Part shown: in pieces, positions 45,033-64,000 of the stretch
Position numbering within the stretch: position 1 is the first letter of the stretch
Layout of the letters: every line of letters starts with the position of its first letter
Origin: the human T2T-CHM13v2.0 reference genome, Homo sapiens
Length of the DNA: 64,000 nt
Assembly (NCBI RefSeq): GCF_009914755.1
Contig: NC_060936.1
Direction: 5' to 3' (one strand)
Translations under genes and position numbers: made by a program
Notes under the pieces: generated by a model
The model's database searches: none
Told to the model about the DNA's origin: nothing
The model's input: only the letters and a program-made list of their open reading frames with translations

Positions 45033-45670
45033 TCGTAAAGGGTACATTTCGAGAAATAAGGACTAGAACAGACTAGCCTTTGTAGAAACTGAAGCCAAGA
45101 TTTAATCTCTAACTGTGACTGAATTAAGATTATCTGAGATTGCCTTCTGCCAAAAACATAAGATTATACTACACCTCCAATTGGCTTTATAATTTTTCAT
45201 GAATTGTGCATCTTACTCTCTCAGAAATAAAAAAACTATGGAGAAGATAACATGATTAAAAGCCAAGAGGAAAAAAAGACACAATCAACAGGAGGTGTGA
45301 ATTACCAGAAATAGACTGTAAATTACCATCCTTAATATATGTACGACAAAATAAAAGGCAAGACTGAAAATTTTGGCAGAAAAATAAATATAAAAACTAT
45401 AAAAATAAACCAAATGAAGGTTCTAGAACTGAAAAATACAGTAATTAAATTAATAACACAATAGATTAACAAAATTCATCAAAGAAAAAAGTATTAGCAT
45501 ACTGTAAAATACAAGCATAAAAAGACAAAATCACAGGAAATGCAGGAAAAAAAGGTTTCAAGAGGAACAAAGTAGGGAATAAGAAGACAAATATTTGTGT
45601 AATTGGAGTTCCAGAGAGTAAAAAGATAGAGAATTCAGCAGAAGAAATATTTGAAAATATAACAGTTAAA

Positions 45671-46229
<559 letters not shown>

Positions 46230-46642
46230 TTAAGAATTTGCCAAAAATTGAGACTCTTCAAATATAGCCAAAATTCAAGCATTGCCATAAACTACAAGTG
46301 CAGGAACACAAAGAAAATGACATCTAAGCACATAATGGTAAAATAGCTGGAAACTAAAGAGAGAAAAAAGAAAACAAAACTTTAAAAGCACACAGAGACT
46401 AAGGTGGATGTCCTTCAGAGAAAATTAAATAAAAACAACAATTCTCCCTTTTCAAGAGAAAAGGGAAAGTCATAAAACATGGAACAATACCTTCCAGACA
46501 TTAAAAGGAAAACAGAATAGCCTAAAATTCTGAGATAATGCTTAAAGATGATATTGCTCGTTTCCTTTTTAAAGAATAAATAATTATGAAAAATTTGAAC
46601 ATAGATTTTCTTTTTAAAATTTCCATTTGTTCAAAGTCTTAC

Positions 46643-47375
46643 TAAAACAAATAACTCCAGTACCCAAATTATGATTACCATTATTATTCCCCTGATATGG
46701 TTTGGATGTTTTGTCCCCTCCGAATCTGAGGTTGAAATGTGATTCCCCAGTATTCAAGGTGGGGCCTGTGGGAGGTGTTTTGGTCATGGAGGAGGATCTC
46801 TCATGAATGGCTTTGTGCCCTCCCTGCAGTAATGAGTTCATAGGGGAGCTGGTTGTTTAGAGAACCTGGCACCTGGCACCTCCCCCACCACCTTGCTCCC
46901 TTCTCTCTTGCTTCCTCTTTCCATGTGATATGCTGACTTCCCCTTGGCCTTCTGCCATGATTGTAAGGTTTCTGAGCCCCTCACCAGAAGCAGTTGCTGG
47001 TTCCATGATTCATGTACAGCCTGCAGAACCATGAACCAAACAAACCACTTTTCTTTATAAATTATCCAGTCTCCGGTATTCCTTCATAGCAATGCAAATG
47101 GACTAACACATCCCCCAACCATAGTGTTTGCATACCCATAGAGCTGATTTATCTCCAAAGCAGGATGTATGAAACATCTATATATTCTTGGATTAAGCAC
47201 TAACATTAGGAGGAAAATTTGTGTTGACTACAAAGTGTTAACCCAGTTAATTACAAACAACTATTAGCATCCCAGTTCTGATGACACACAGTTCCCCACT
47301 GATCCTGGACATTGACATTTCCCACTTCTTCACATTGGTTACTTCCATTCACTATCTTTAACAATTCCTTCCTAT
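46643..47375 (-). pseudogene. Decayed SRCR pseudo-exon in the intron upstream of SRCR3, interrupted by an MST LTR
   Basis: Hand translation: DRKELLKIVNGSNQCEEVGNVNVQDQWGTVCHQNWDA / IVVCN*LG*HFVVNTNFPPNVSA*SKNI*MFHTSCFGDKSALWVCKHYGWG [LTR] NNNGNHNLGTGVICF; ttttgaag acceptor and gtaaga donor retained. Confidence 0.9.
46693..47110. mobile_element. MST-type MaLR solo LTR inserted into the SRCR pseudo-exon
   Basis: tgatatggtttggatg ... gactaacaca; perfect 5-bp TSD tcccc at 46688-46692 and 47111-47115. Confidence 0.93.
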
Positions 47376-48009
47376 CTTCAAAATAGACAAAAGTCTGGGT
47401 CATAAGTGAGACCAAGGAGAAAAAGTCTTCCTGGATTTGAAAACATCATTTATCTACTTATTTCTATAGGACATTCCTTTTTGAATCAACGGACTCATGG
47501 CTTTAATGCTAAAATATTGTCCTCACAATTCATTTTACTAGGAACAATTGTTCATTTCTAGAACAAAAGGAATTCAATATATGATGTATTCCCTCACTTA
47601 AGGTCACATAAATCTTTTGGCTGAAACTTTTAAGATTTGTTGTTTATTAGAGTAAAATAGACTCCCAGGAAATGGGTTTGAAGATGTATCTGTGGGACAC
47701 TCTCATATGCTGTATTACGCAGGACACCAAAATTACATAAGCAATTAAAGAATCTGGTCAAAAGAGAAAAACAGAATTGAAACAATCTTCCCATAAAGAA
47801 CCATTTGAAATGGAACATAAAATTTCCATGGAATAAAAGTTGACAATTTGTATATGCATAATAAAAACATTTTAGAAACATGCAAATTCTAATCACAATG
47901 ATATGGTTGTAATCTTAAAGGAGAGGATAAATCATAGATAAAAAATATTGCACACTATCTGGAGAGCATAAAAAGAGGAAGATCACAGGAAAAAAAAAAT
48001 GTGTATTAC

Positions 48010-53237
<5,228 letters not shown>

Positions 53238-53345
53238 AAAACAGTGTAAGATAATTAACAAAATAGCATCAATAGGTCCTTACCTATCAATAACTGCTTT
53301 AAATGTAAATTGATTAAATTCTCTAATGAAAAAACAGAGTGTAGA

Positions 53346-56300
53346 GGTAAAAATGGCAAATAAGAGGCAGAACAAATGGACTTAACACACTTTTACAGAA
53401 AATTTTACCCAACAACTGCAGAATATGCATTCTATTCATCAGCACATGGAATATTCTCTAAAATAGACTATATGTTATGCCACAAAACGAGTCTCCACAC
53501 ATTTAAGAAAACCAAAATTATATCAAGTACACTCTCACACCACAATGGAAGAAAATTGGAAATCAACCCCAAAAGAAACCCTCAAAACAATGCAAATACA
53601 TGGAAATTACATAATCTGCTCCTGAATGAGCATTGGGTCAACAATGAAATCATGATGGAAATTTAAAAATTCTTTGAACTGAATGATAATAGTCACACAA
53701 CCTATAAAAACCTCTGGAATACAACAAAGGTGGTGCTAAGAGCAAAGTTCATAGCCTTAAATGCCTGCATCAGAAGGTCTGAAAGAGTATAAATAGACAA
53801 TCTAAGGGCACACCTAAAGGAACTAGAGAAACAATAACAAACCAAACCCAAATCCTGCAGAAGAAAATTATACCAAAGATCAGAGCAGAACTAAATGAAA
53901 TTGAAAAACAACAACAAAAAAGATGAATGAAACAAAAAGCTGGGTCTTTGAAAAGATAAATAAAATTGATAAACAATTAGTGAGATTAACCAAGATAAAA
54001 GAGAAGATCCAAATAAGCTCAAATAGAAACAAAATAAGAAATATTACAACCAATATCACAGAAATACAAACAATCATTCAAGGCTACCATGAACATCCTT
54101 AAATGCATAAACTAGAAAACCAATAGGAGATAGGTAAATTTCTGGAAATATACAATTCTTCTAGATTAAACCAGGAAGAAATAGAAACTCTGAACAGACC
54201 AATAGCAAGCAGTGATATTGAAATGGTAATTTTTAAAAATGAGAACAAAAAAAGTCCAGAACCAGATGGATTCACAGCTGAAATCTATCAGATATTCAAA
54301 GAAGAATTGATACCAATCCTATTGACACTATTCCACAAGATTCAGAGAGAATCCTCCGTAAATCATCCTGTGAAGCCAGTATCACCCTAATACCAAAACC
54401 AGGAAAGGACATAACAATAAAAGAAAATTGCCTGATAAATCTAGATGCAAAAATCCTTAACAAAACACTAGCTAATTGAATCCAACAACATTATCAGAAA
54501 GATAATCCACCATGATCAAGTGGGTTTCATACCAGGGATGAGGGATGGTTAAACAAACACAAGTCAATAAATGTGGTACACCACATAAACAGAATTAAAA
54601 GCGAAAATCACATGATCAACAGATGCAGAAAAAGCATTTAACAAAATCCAGCATCACTTTGTGATTAAAACCATCAGCAAAATCAGCATAGAAGGGATAT
54701 AACTTAAGGTAATAAAAGCCATCTATGGCAAACCCACAGCCAACATTCTACTGAATTGGGGAAACATTGAAAGCATTCCCCCGAGAACTGGAACAAGACA
54801 AGGATGCCCACTTTCACCACTTCTATTGAACATAGTACTGAAAGCCTTAGCCAGAGAAATCAGACAAGAGAAAGAAATACAGAGCATCCAAATTAGTAAA
54901 GAGAAAGTCAAGCTGTTGTTGCTTGCTGATATGATCATATACCTAGAAAACCCTAAAGACCTCCAACAAAAAGCTCCTAGAACTGATAAAAGAATTCAGC
55001 AAAGTTACAGGATACAAAATTAATGTATACAAATCAGTAGCTCTGCATACAACAGCAGTGACCAAGTTGAGAATCAAATCAAGAACTCAACTGTTTTTAC
55101 AATAGCTGCAAAAAAAAAATTTATTATACTGCCAAAGGCAATCTAAAAATTCAATGAAATTCCCACCAAAATATCTTCATCATTCTTCACAGAACTAGAA
55201 AAAACAATCCTAGAAATCATATGGAACCAAAAAAGAGCATGTATAGCCAAAGCAAGACTAAGCAAAAAGAACAAATCTGGAGGTATCACATAACTTCACT
55301 TCAAACTATAAGGCAATAGTCACCAAGACAGCATGGTACTAGTATAAAAATAGGCACATAGATCAGTGGAATGGAAAAGAGTACCCAGAAATAAAGCCAA
55401 ATATTTACAGCCAACTGATCTTTAACAAAGTAAACAAAAACATAAAGTGGGGAAAGGACACCCTATTCAACAAATGGTACTGGGATAATTGGCAAGCCAC
55501 ATGTAAAAGAGTGAAAACGGATCCTCATCTCTCACTCTATACAAAAATCAATTCAAGATGGATCAAAGACTTAAATCTAAGACCCGAAACCGTAAAAATT
55601 CTAAAAGATAACATCGGAAAAACCCTTCTAGATGTTGGCTTAGGCAAAGACTTCATGACCAAGAACACAAAAGCAGATGCAACATAAAAAAAGATAAATA
55701 GATGAGACTTAATTAAATAAAAAAGCTTCTGCACAGCAAAAGAAACAATCAGTAGGGCAAACAGAAAACCCACAGAGTTGAAGAAAATCTTCACAATCTA
55801 CACATCCGACAAAAGACTAATTTACAGGATCTACAAGGAACTCAAACAAATTAGCAAGAAAAAAAACAAACAATACTATCAAAAAGTGGGCTAAGGACAC
55901 AAATAGACAATTCTCAAAAGAAAAAATACAAATGACCAACAAAGATGAAAAAACTCTCAACATCACTCATGATCAGAGAAATGCAAGTAAAAGCCACAAT
56001 GCAATACCATCTTACTCCTGCAAGAATGGCCATAATCAAAAAGTAATAGATGGTTTCAATGTGGTGAAAAGGGAAAACTTTTACACTGCTGGTGAGAATA
56101 TAAACTAGTACAACCTCTACGAAAAACAGTGTGGAAATTCCTTAAAGAACTAAAAGTAAAACTATCATTAGACCCAACAATCCCACTACTGGGTCTCTAC
56201 CGAGAGGAAAAGAAGTCATTATCTGAAAAAGGTATTTGCACATGCATGTTTATAGCAGCACAATTTGCAATTGCACAAACATGGCAACAGCCCAAATGCC

Positions 56301-57199
56301 CATCAATCAATGACTGGGTAAAGAAATTGTGGTATATATATACATATATATATATACGTGTATATATATACATATATATATATACGTGTATATATATACA
56401 TATATATATATACGTGTATATATATGTATATACGTATATATGTATATATACGTATATATATACGTATATATATGTATATATACATTTGGAAGAAAATGTA
56501 TATATACGTATATATGTATATATATGTGTATAAATGTATATATATGTATATATGTATATATATGTGTATATATGTATATATATGGGTATATATATGTGTA
56601 TATATATGTATATATACATTTGGAAGATATATATGTATATATCTTCCAAATGTGTGTATATATATATGTGTGTATATATGTATATATACATTTGGAAGAT
56701 ATATATGTATATATATCTTCCAAATGTATATATACATATATGTACATATATACATATACATATATGTACATATATACATATATATACATATATGTACATA
56801 TATACATATATACACATATATGTACATATATACATATATGTACATATACACATATATGTACATATACATATACATATATGTACATATATACATATACGTA
56901 CACATATACATATACATATATGTACATATATACATGTACATATATACATATACATATATGTACACATATACATATATGTACATATATACATATACGTGCA
57001 TATGTACATATACATATATGTATGTGTACATAAATACATATACGTATATATGTATATATGTGTGTGTGTATATATATATATATATTTTTTTTTCTTCTAA
57101 GTGAAGTAACTCAGGAATGGAAAACCAAACACCATATGTTCTCACTCATAAGTGGGAGCTAAGCTATGAAGATGCAAAGGCATAAGAATGATATAATGG
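53346..57199 (+). mobile_element. L1PB ORF2 and 3'UTR; 3' end continues at about 61790-61960
   Basis: ORF2 remnants; 3'UTR breaks at aatgatataatgga and resumes at ggactttggggacttggg. Confidence 0.87.
56332..57083. repeat. About 750-bp TA-rich compound micro/minisatellite with palindromic units
   Basis: (TA)/(TATG)/(TACA) arrays; catttggaagatat...atatcttccaaatg twice. Confidence 0.95.
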
Positions 57200-58069
57200 A
57201 GAACAGAGCAGCAGATCCTGACAAGGAGGGTTCTACTACCACAGTGCTCGAGCTCTGCTAAGGGAAAAACTGCCTCCTCAAGTGGGTCCCTGAACTCCAT
57301 GACTCCTGACTGGGAGAGAACTCCTAACAGGGATTGACAGACACCTCATGCAGGAGAGCTCTGGCTGGCATCATGCCGGTGCCCTCTGGGACAAAGCTTC
57401 TAGAGGAAAGAGCAGGCAGCAATATTTGCCGTTCTGCACACTCCGCTGGTGATAACCAGGCAAATAGGGTCTGGAGTGGAGCCCAAGCAAACTGCAGCAG
57501 ACCTGGAGAAGAGGGGCATGACTGATAGAAGAAAAACTAACAGACAAAAAGCAATAACATCAACATCAACAAAAGAATGTCCACACAGAAACCCCATGCA
57601 AAGGTCTTCAGCCACAAAGATCTAAGGTAGATAAACCCACGAAGATGAGGAAAAACCAGCGCATAAATGCTGAAAATTCCCAAAACCGGAATATCTCTTT
57701 TCTTCCAAATGATTGCAACTCCTCTCCAGCAAGGGCACAAAACTAGAGAGAATGAGTTTGATGAAATGACAGAACGAGGCTTCAGAAGGTGGGTAATAAG
57801 AAACTCCTCTGAGCTAAAGGAACATGTTCTAACCCAATGCAAGGAAGCTAAGAACCTTGAAAAAAGGTTAAAGAACTACTAACTAGAATAATCAGTTTAG
57901 AGAAGAACATAATATGCTTTTCATATATATATGAAAAAAGGTTATTTCATATATATATCTCATATATATTCATATATATCTCATATCATAACTATCTCAT
58001 ATATATTCATATATATACATGTATATATGTGTATATATGTATATGAATATATATAAATATATATACATA

Positions 58070-58103
<34 letters not shown>

Positions 58104-61100
58104 CACACAGGTGCACCCAATACAGGAGCACCAGATTCATAAAACCAGTTCTTTAAGACCTACAAACAGACTTGGACTTTGACACAATAATAGTGGGAGA
58201 CTTTAACACCCCACTTCCAATATTAGAAAGATCAACGAGACAGAAATTTAACAAGGATATTCAAGAGTTCAACTCAGCTCTGGACCAAGCAAACCTAATA
58301 GATATCTACAAAACTCTCCACAGCAAATCAACAGAATATACATTTTTCTCAGCACCACATAGCACTTATTCTAAGCTCGACCTCATAATTGGAAATAAAC
58401 ACTCCTCAGCAAATGCAAAAGAACAGAAATCATAACAAACAGTCTCTCAGGCCACTGTGCAATCAAATTAGAACCCCAGAATTAAGAAGCACACTCAAAA
58501 CCACACAACTACATGGAAACTGAACAACTTGCTTCTGAATGACTACTAAGTAAATAACAAAACTAAGGCAGAAATAATGAAGTTCCTTGAAACCAATGAG
58601 AACAAAGAGACAATGCACCAGAATCTCTGGGACACAGCTAACACAGTGCTAAGAGGGAAATTTATAGCATTAAATGCCCACATCAGAAAGCAGGGAAGAT
58701 CTAAAATTGACACCCTAACATCACAATTAAAAGAACTAGAGAAGGAGAGCATACAAATTTAGAAGCTAGCAAAAGTCAAGAAATAACTAAGATAAGAGCA
58801 AAACTGAAAGAGACAGAGACAGAAAAAAACCTTCAAAAAAACAATCAACCCAGGAGCTGGTTTTTTGAAAAGATTAACAATATAGATAAACCACTAGCCA
58901 GACTAATAAGAAAGAAAAGAGAGAAGAATCATATAGACACAATAAAAAATGATAAAGGGGATATCACCACTGATCCCACAGAAATACAAACTACCGTCAG
59001 AGAACACTATATCCACCTCTACACAAATAAGCTAGAAAACCTAAAATATTTGGATAAATTCCTGGACACATACCCCCTCCCAAGACTAAACCAGGAAGAA
59101 GTTGAATCCCTGAATAGACCAATAACAAGTTCTGAAAATGAGGCCCTAATTAATAGCTTACCAACCCAAAAAAGCCCAGGACCAGATGGATTCACAGCCG
59201 AACTCTGCCAGAGGTACAAAGAGGATTTGGTACCATTCCTTCTGAAACTATTACAAACAATAGAAAAAAAGGGACTCCTCCCGAACTCAATTTTATGAGG
59301 CCAGCCTTATCCTGATTCCAAAACCTGGGAGAGACATGACAAAAAAGGAAATTTCAGGTCAATATCCCTGATGAACATCAATGCAAAAATCCTCAATAAA
59401 ATACTGGCAAACTGAATCCAGCAGCACATCAAAGCTTATCCACCACGATCAAATCGGCTTCATCCCTGGGATGCCAGGCTGGTTCAACATACACAAATCA
59501 ATAAACGTAATCCATCACATAAACAGAACCAGTGACAGAAACCACATTAGTATCTCAATAGATGCAGAAAAGGTCTTCAATAAAATTCAACATCCCTTCA
59601 TGGTAAAAAAAAAAAAACTCTCAATAAACTAGGTATTGATGGAAGACATCTCAAAATAATAAGAGCTATTTATGACAAACCCATAGCCAATATCATACTG
59701 AATGGGCAAAAGCTGGAAGCATCCCCTTTGAAAACCAGCACAAGACAAGGATGCCCTCTCTCACCACTCCTATTCAACATAGTGTTGGAAGTTCTGGCCA
59801 GGGCAATCAGGCAAGAGAAAGAAATAAAGGGTATTCAAATAGGAAGAGAGGAAGTCAAATGGTCTTTGTTTGCAGATGACATGATTGTATATTTAGAAAA
59901 CCCCATCGTATCAGTCCAAAAACTCCTTAAGCTGATAAGCAACTTCAGCAGTCTCAGCATACAAAATCAATGTGCAAAAATCACAAGCATTCCTATACAC
60001 CAATAATAGACAAACAGAGAGCCAAATCATGAGTGAACTCCCATGCACAATTGCTACAAAAATAATAAAATACCTAGGAATACAACTTACAAGGGACATG
60101 AAGGACCTCTTCAAGGAGAACTACAAACTGCTGCTCAAAGAAATCAGACAGGACACAAACAAATGGAAAAACATTCAATGCTCATGGATAAAAAGATTCA
60201 ATACTGTGAAAATGGCCATACTGCCCAAAGTAATTTATAGATTCAATGCCATTCCTATCAAGCTACCATTGACTTTCTTTACAGAACTAGAAAAAACTAC
60301 GTTAAAATTCATATGGAACCAAAAAAGAGCCCATATAGCCAAGACAATTCTAAGCAAAAAGAACAAAGCTGAAGGCATCATGCTACCTAACTTCAAAACT
60401 ACACTACAAGGTAGTAAACAAACCAGCATGGTACTGGTGCCAAAACAGAAATATAGACCAATGGAATAGAACAGAGGCCTCAGAAAGAACACAACACATC
60501 TACAACCATCTGATCCTTGATAAACATGACAAAAACAAGCAATGGGGAAAGGATTCCCTGTTTAACAAATGATGCTGGGAAAACTGGCTAGCCATATGCA
60601 GAAAACTGAAACTGGAACCCTTCCTTACACTTTATACAAAAATTAACTCAAGATGGATTAAAGACTTAAATGTAAAACCTAAAATCATACAAACCCTAGA
60701 AGAAAACCTAGGCAATACCATTCAGGATATAGGCACGGGCAAAGACTTTATGACTAAAACACCAAAAGCAATGGCAACAAAAGCCAAAATTGACAAATAG
60801 GATTTAATTAAACTACAGAGGTTCTGCTCTGCAAAAGAAGTGAACAGAGTGAACAGGCAACCTACAGAATGGGAGAAAATTTTTGCAGTCTGTCCATCTG
60901 ACAAAGGGCTAATATCCAGAATCTATAAGGAACTTAAGCAAGTTTACAAGAAAAAAAACAACCCCATCAAAAAGTGGGCAAAGGATGTGAACAGACATTA
61001 TGTTGGCCACATAAATGTCTTCAACAAACATTTGAAAAAAAGCTCATCATCACTGGTCATTAGAGAAATGCAAACCAAAACCACAATGAGATACATCTCA

Positions 61101-61790
61101 CACCAGTTAGAATGGCAATCATTAAAAACTCTGGAAACAACAGATGCTGGCGAGGATGTGGAGATGTAAATTAGTTCAACCATTGTGGAAGACTGTGGTG
61201 ATTCCTCAAGGGTTTAGAACTAGAAATACCATTTGACCCATCAATCCCATTACTGGGTAAATACCCAAAGATTATAAATCATTCTATTATAAAAACATAT
61301 GCACACATATGTTTATTGCAGTACTATTTACAAAAGCAAAGACTTGGAACCAACCCAAATGCCCATCAATGATAGACTGGATAAAGGAAACGTGGCACAT
61401 ATACACCATGGAATACTATGCAGCCATAAAAAAGAATGAGTTCATGTTCTTTGCAGGGACATGGATGAAGCTGGAAACCATCATTCTCAGCAAATTAACA
61501 CAAGAACAGAAAATCAAACACCACATGTTCTCACTCATAAGTGGGAGTTGAACAATGAGAACAGATGAACGCACAGAGGGGAACATCAGACACTTGGGCA
61601 TGTCTGGGAATGGGGGGCAAGGGGAGGGAGAGCATTAGGACGAATACCTAATGCATGTGGGGCTTAAAACCTAGATGACAGGTTGATAGGTCAGCCAATC
61701 ACCATGGCACATGTATATCTATGTAACAAATCTGCATGTTCAGCACATATATCCCAGAACTTAAAGTAAAAATAAATAAATAAATAAATA
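57200..61790 (+). mobile_element. L1PA (approx. PA8-type) nested in the L1PB 3'UTR; ORF1/ORF2 junction replaced by TA-rich repeat (about 57912-58108)
   Basis: Partial 5'UTR, ORF1 start atgaggaaaaaccag, ORF2 fragments ([25 protein letters not shown]), 3'UTR and (aaat)n tail. Confidence 0.9.
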
Positions 61791-64000
61791 ATAAAAAGGA
61801 CTTTGGGGACTTGGGAGAAAGGGTGGGAGGTGGGTAAGGGATAAAAACTACACATTGGATACAGTGTACACTGCTCAGGTGATGGGTGCACCAAAATCTG
61901 AGAAATCACTACTAAAGAACTTATTCATGTAACCAAATACCACCTGTTCCCCCAAAACCAGGTTGATAGGTGCAGCAAACCGCCCTGGCACATGTCTACC
62001 CATGTAACAAACTTGCATGTTCTGTACATGTATACCAGAACCTAAAGTAAAAAATAAATAAATAGACAGAGTGGTTGAATGGATTAAGAAAAAACATGGT
62101 CCAAATATATGCTGCTTACAAGGGACTCACTTCTTTAGTTTTAGGACACACATAGGCTGAAAATAGAGATGGAAAAATGTATTTCATGTAAATGGCAACC
62201 AAAAGTAAGCTAGAGCACCTGTGCTTATATCTGACAAAACAGATTTAAGTCCAAAATTGTAAAAAGAAACAAAGAAGTCCATTATATAATGATAAAGGGG
62301 TTAATTCATCAAGAGGATATAACAAGAAAAAATATATATGAGCCCCTGTCAAAGCACCTAAACATATAAAGCGAATATTAAGAGATTGAAAGGGAGAAAT
62401 AGTAATACGTAATAGTAGGGATTTTAATACTCCACTTTCAAAAATGGACAGATAATTCAAACAGAAAATCAATAAGGAAATAGCGGACTTGAACAACACT
62501 ATAGACTAAAGGAACCTAACAGACATATATGTAACATTCCATCTAAAGTAGCAGAATATAGCTTCTTTTAAAGGGCATCAAATATATATTCACTTTCAAT
62601 GTTCTTTAGATGGCATGTCTTCATATCGTTTGCCCAGTAGATTCTGAAAACCAGAAGTCATTGATAAAAATCATGGAAAGATATCCCATGTTTATGGATT
62701 AAAATAATTAATATTGTTAAAATGTTCATTCTACCTCAAAAGACCTACAGGTACTGTATTGCATGCTTAAAAGCAGCTACGAAGGTAGATACTATGTTAA
62801 ATGTTCTTACCATCAAAAAATTAATAATAAAATGAGTGGGAAGAAACTTTGGGAGGTGATGCATATTCTTATGGCCTTGATGGTGGCGATGGGCTCATGG
62901 GTTTACAGTTTTTCTCAAACTCATCAGGTTGTGTATATTAAATACGTACAGCTTTTTACATGTCCAACAAACTCATTTAAGGGCTTTAATAAAATGATAA
63001 AGGCAGGTCAGATAGCAAGAATTTGACAATGTCATACTTGCAAATGTGATTCTTGTTCAGTGAACCTAACAATCCATTCCCCTCATGTAGGTATCCTTCC
63101 AAATTATAGAGGTTTCAGATTGTCTGTATTTAATGGTACTGGTCAATGATTAATTATAACTTACTTCCCTTGCTTCTTTTGCTCTTAGTTAAGTCTCATC
63201 AAACACATTATACAATTATATAATAAATTTCCTATGAAGAGTGTATATTCTGACCAATTTTCAAAAACATTCTGGCCTACTTGGTAGTTATATTGCTAAT
63301 TGCAAAACAATAATTTGAAGCTTTGTTTATATGTCATTCTATTATAAATTTAGTAACAGATAAATCCTGCTGAATCAGATAATTTCTGGTTGCCCTTGGC
63401 AAAACTGGGTTTCTATAACTGAAAAATCTGTAACTGAAGCCAAACAACTTTAAATAAAACTATAAAATCCTAGCTGTTTTGATTGCCAAGATATCCCCTT
63501 TATGGTTTTAACTATCATCCAGAAACTAAAATACGGAGTAAAATTAGGGAATATATTTTATTTAGCTACATAACATAGTCAATTGTACTGATAAAAAAAA
63601 TTTTTTTAAGTCAATGGAATCTATTTAGTATGAAATATACATTCACTTTCAGTGTTCTTTAGATGGCATGTATTCATATCGTTTGCCCAGTAGATTACTA
63701 GTTCCTTGAGGATAAAATATGTAACACATACTTTTTTCTTATTTTTCATAGAATCAGTCATTGTGTCTAGTACACAACAAGAAAAAGCCCTAGAAAAATC
63801 ACCTCTTTGTCACTTATCACTTATCTCTTTAGTTCCTTTCTCCACTCAGAGTAGTATTCTCCCACTGTAAGCCAGTATTTTGATATGATTTACCAGCTTC
63901 TGGACTAAAGCCCCGTTCCTCACTTCTTCATTCTCCCATTCAGCTGTACTGTATCAAACCTAGACTTGACTTCCCTTTGTTCTCTTTTGTTTCTATACCT

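Noticed and set aside
56129-57145. Multiple 190-280 aa Y/I/C/M/H-rich ORFs (also near 15486-15935 and 42903-43309)
   Set aside because: Translations of TA/TG/CA microsatellites
63035-63440. Faint SRCR-like words on the minus strand (FCQGQPEII; LFCN*; IKYRQSETSIIW; gtatga donor-like)
   Set aside because: Spacing is about 90 nt too long, no WGTVC or LGC core, AT-rich; not supportable without a profile search

Overview
Human (primate) genomic DNA spanning most of CD163L1 (M160/CD163b), a group-B scavenger receptor cysteine-rich (SRCR) gene on the minus strand. Fourteen coding exons are supported by GT-AG boundaries and a continuous spliced frame: SRCR domains 3-12, the 31-aa linker between SRCR9 and SRCR10, a 33-nt stalk micro-exon, the transmembrane exon and the 96-nt cytoplasmic exon. 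The first exons (signal peptide, SRCR1-2) lie beyond position 64000 and the last coding exon lies before position 1. All exons are phase 1-1. Introns are dominated by decayed transposons: nested L1s, Alus, MaLR and ERVL LTRs, L2, MIR and MER elements; most listed ORFs are L1 remnants or low-complexity artefacts. Main observations: (1) a fossil extra SRCR exon (46643-47375) split by an MST LTR with a 5-bp TSD; (2) an open 47-codon read-through of the cytoplasmic-exon donor that resembles the CD163 long tail variant, carries YEEI and is followed by AATAAA; (3) an L1PA with a spliced 5'UTR (SpIRE-type) and perfect TSD; (4) several inverted repeats and a templated insertion. No prokaryote-type system (CRISPR etc.) is present. 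Repeat subfamily names come from motif recognition and were not checked by search.
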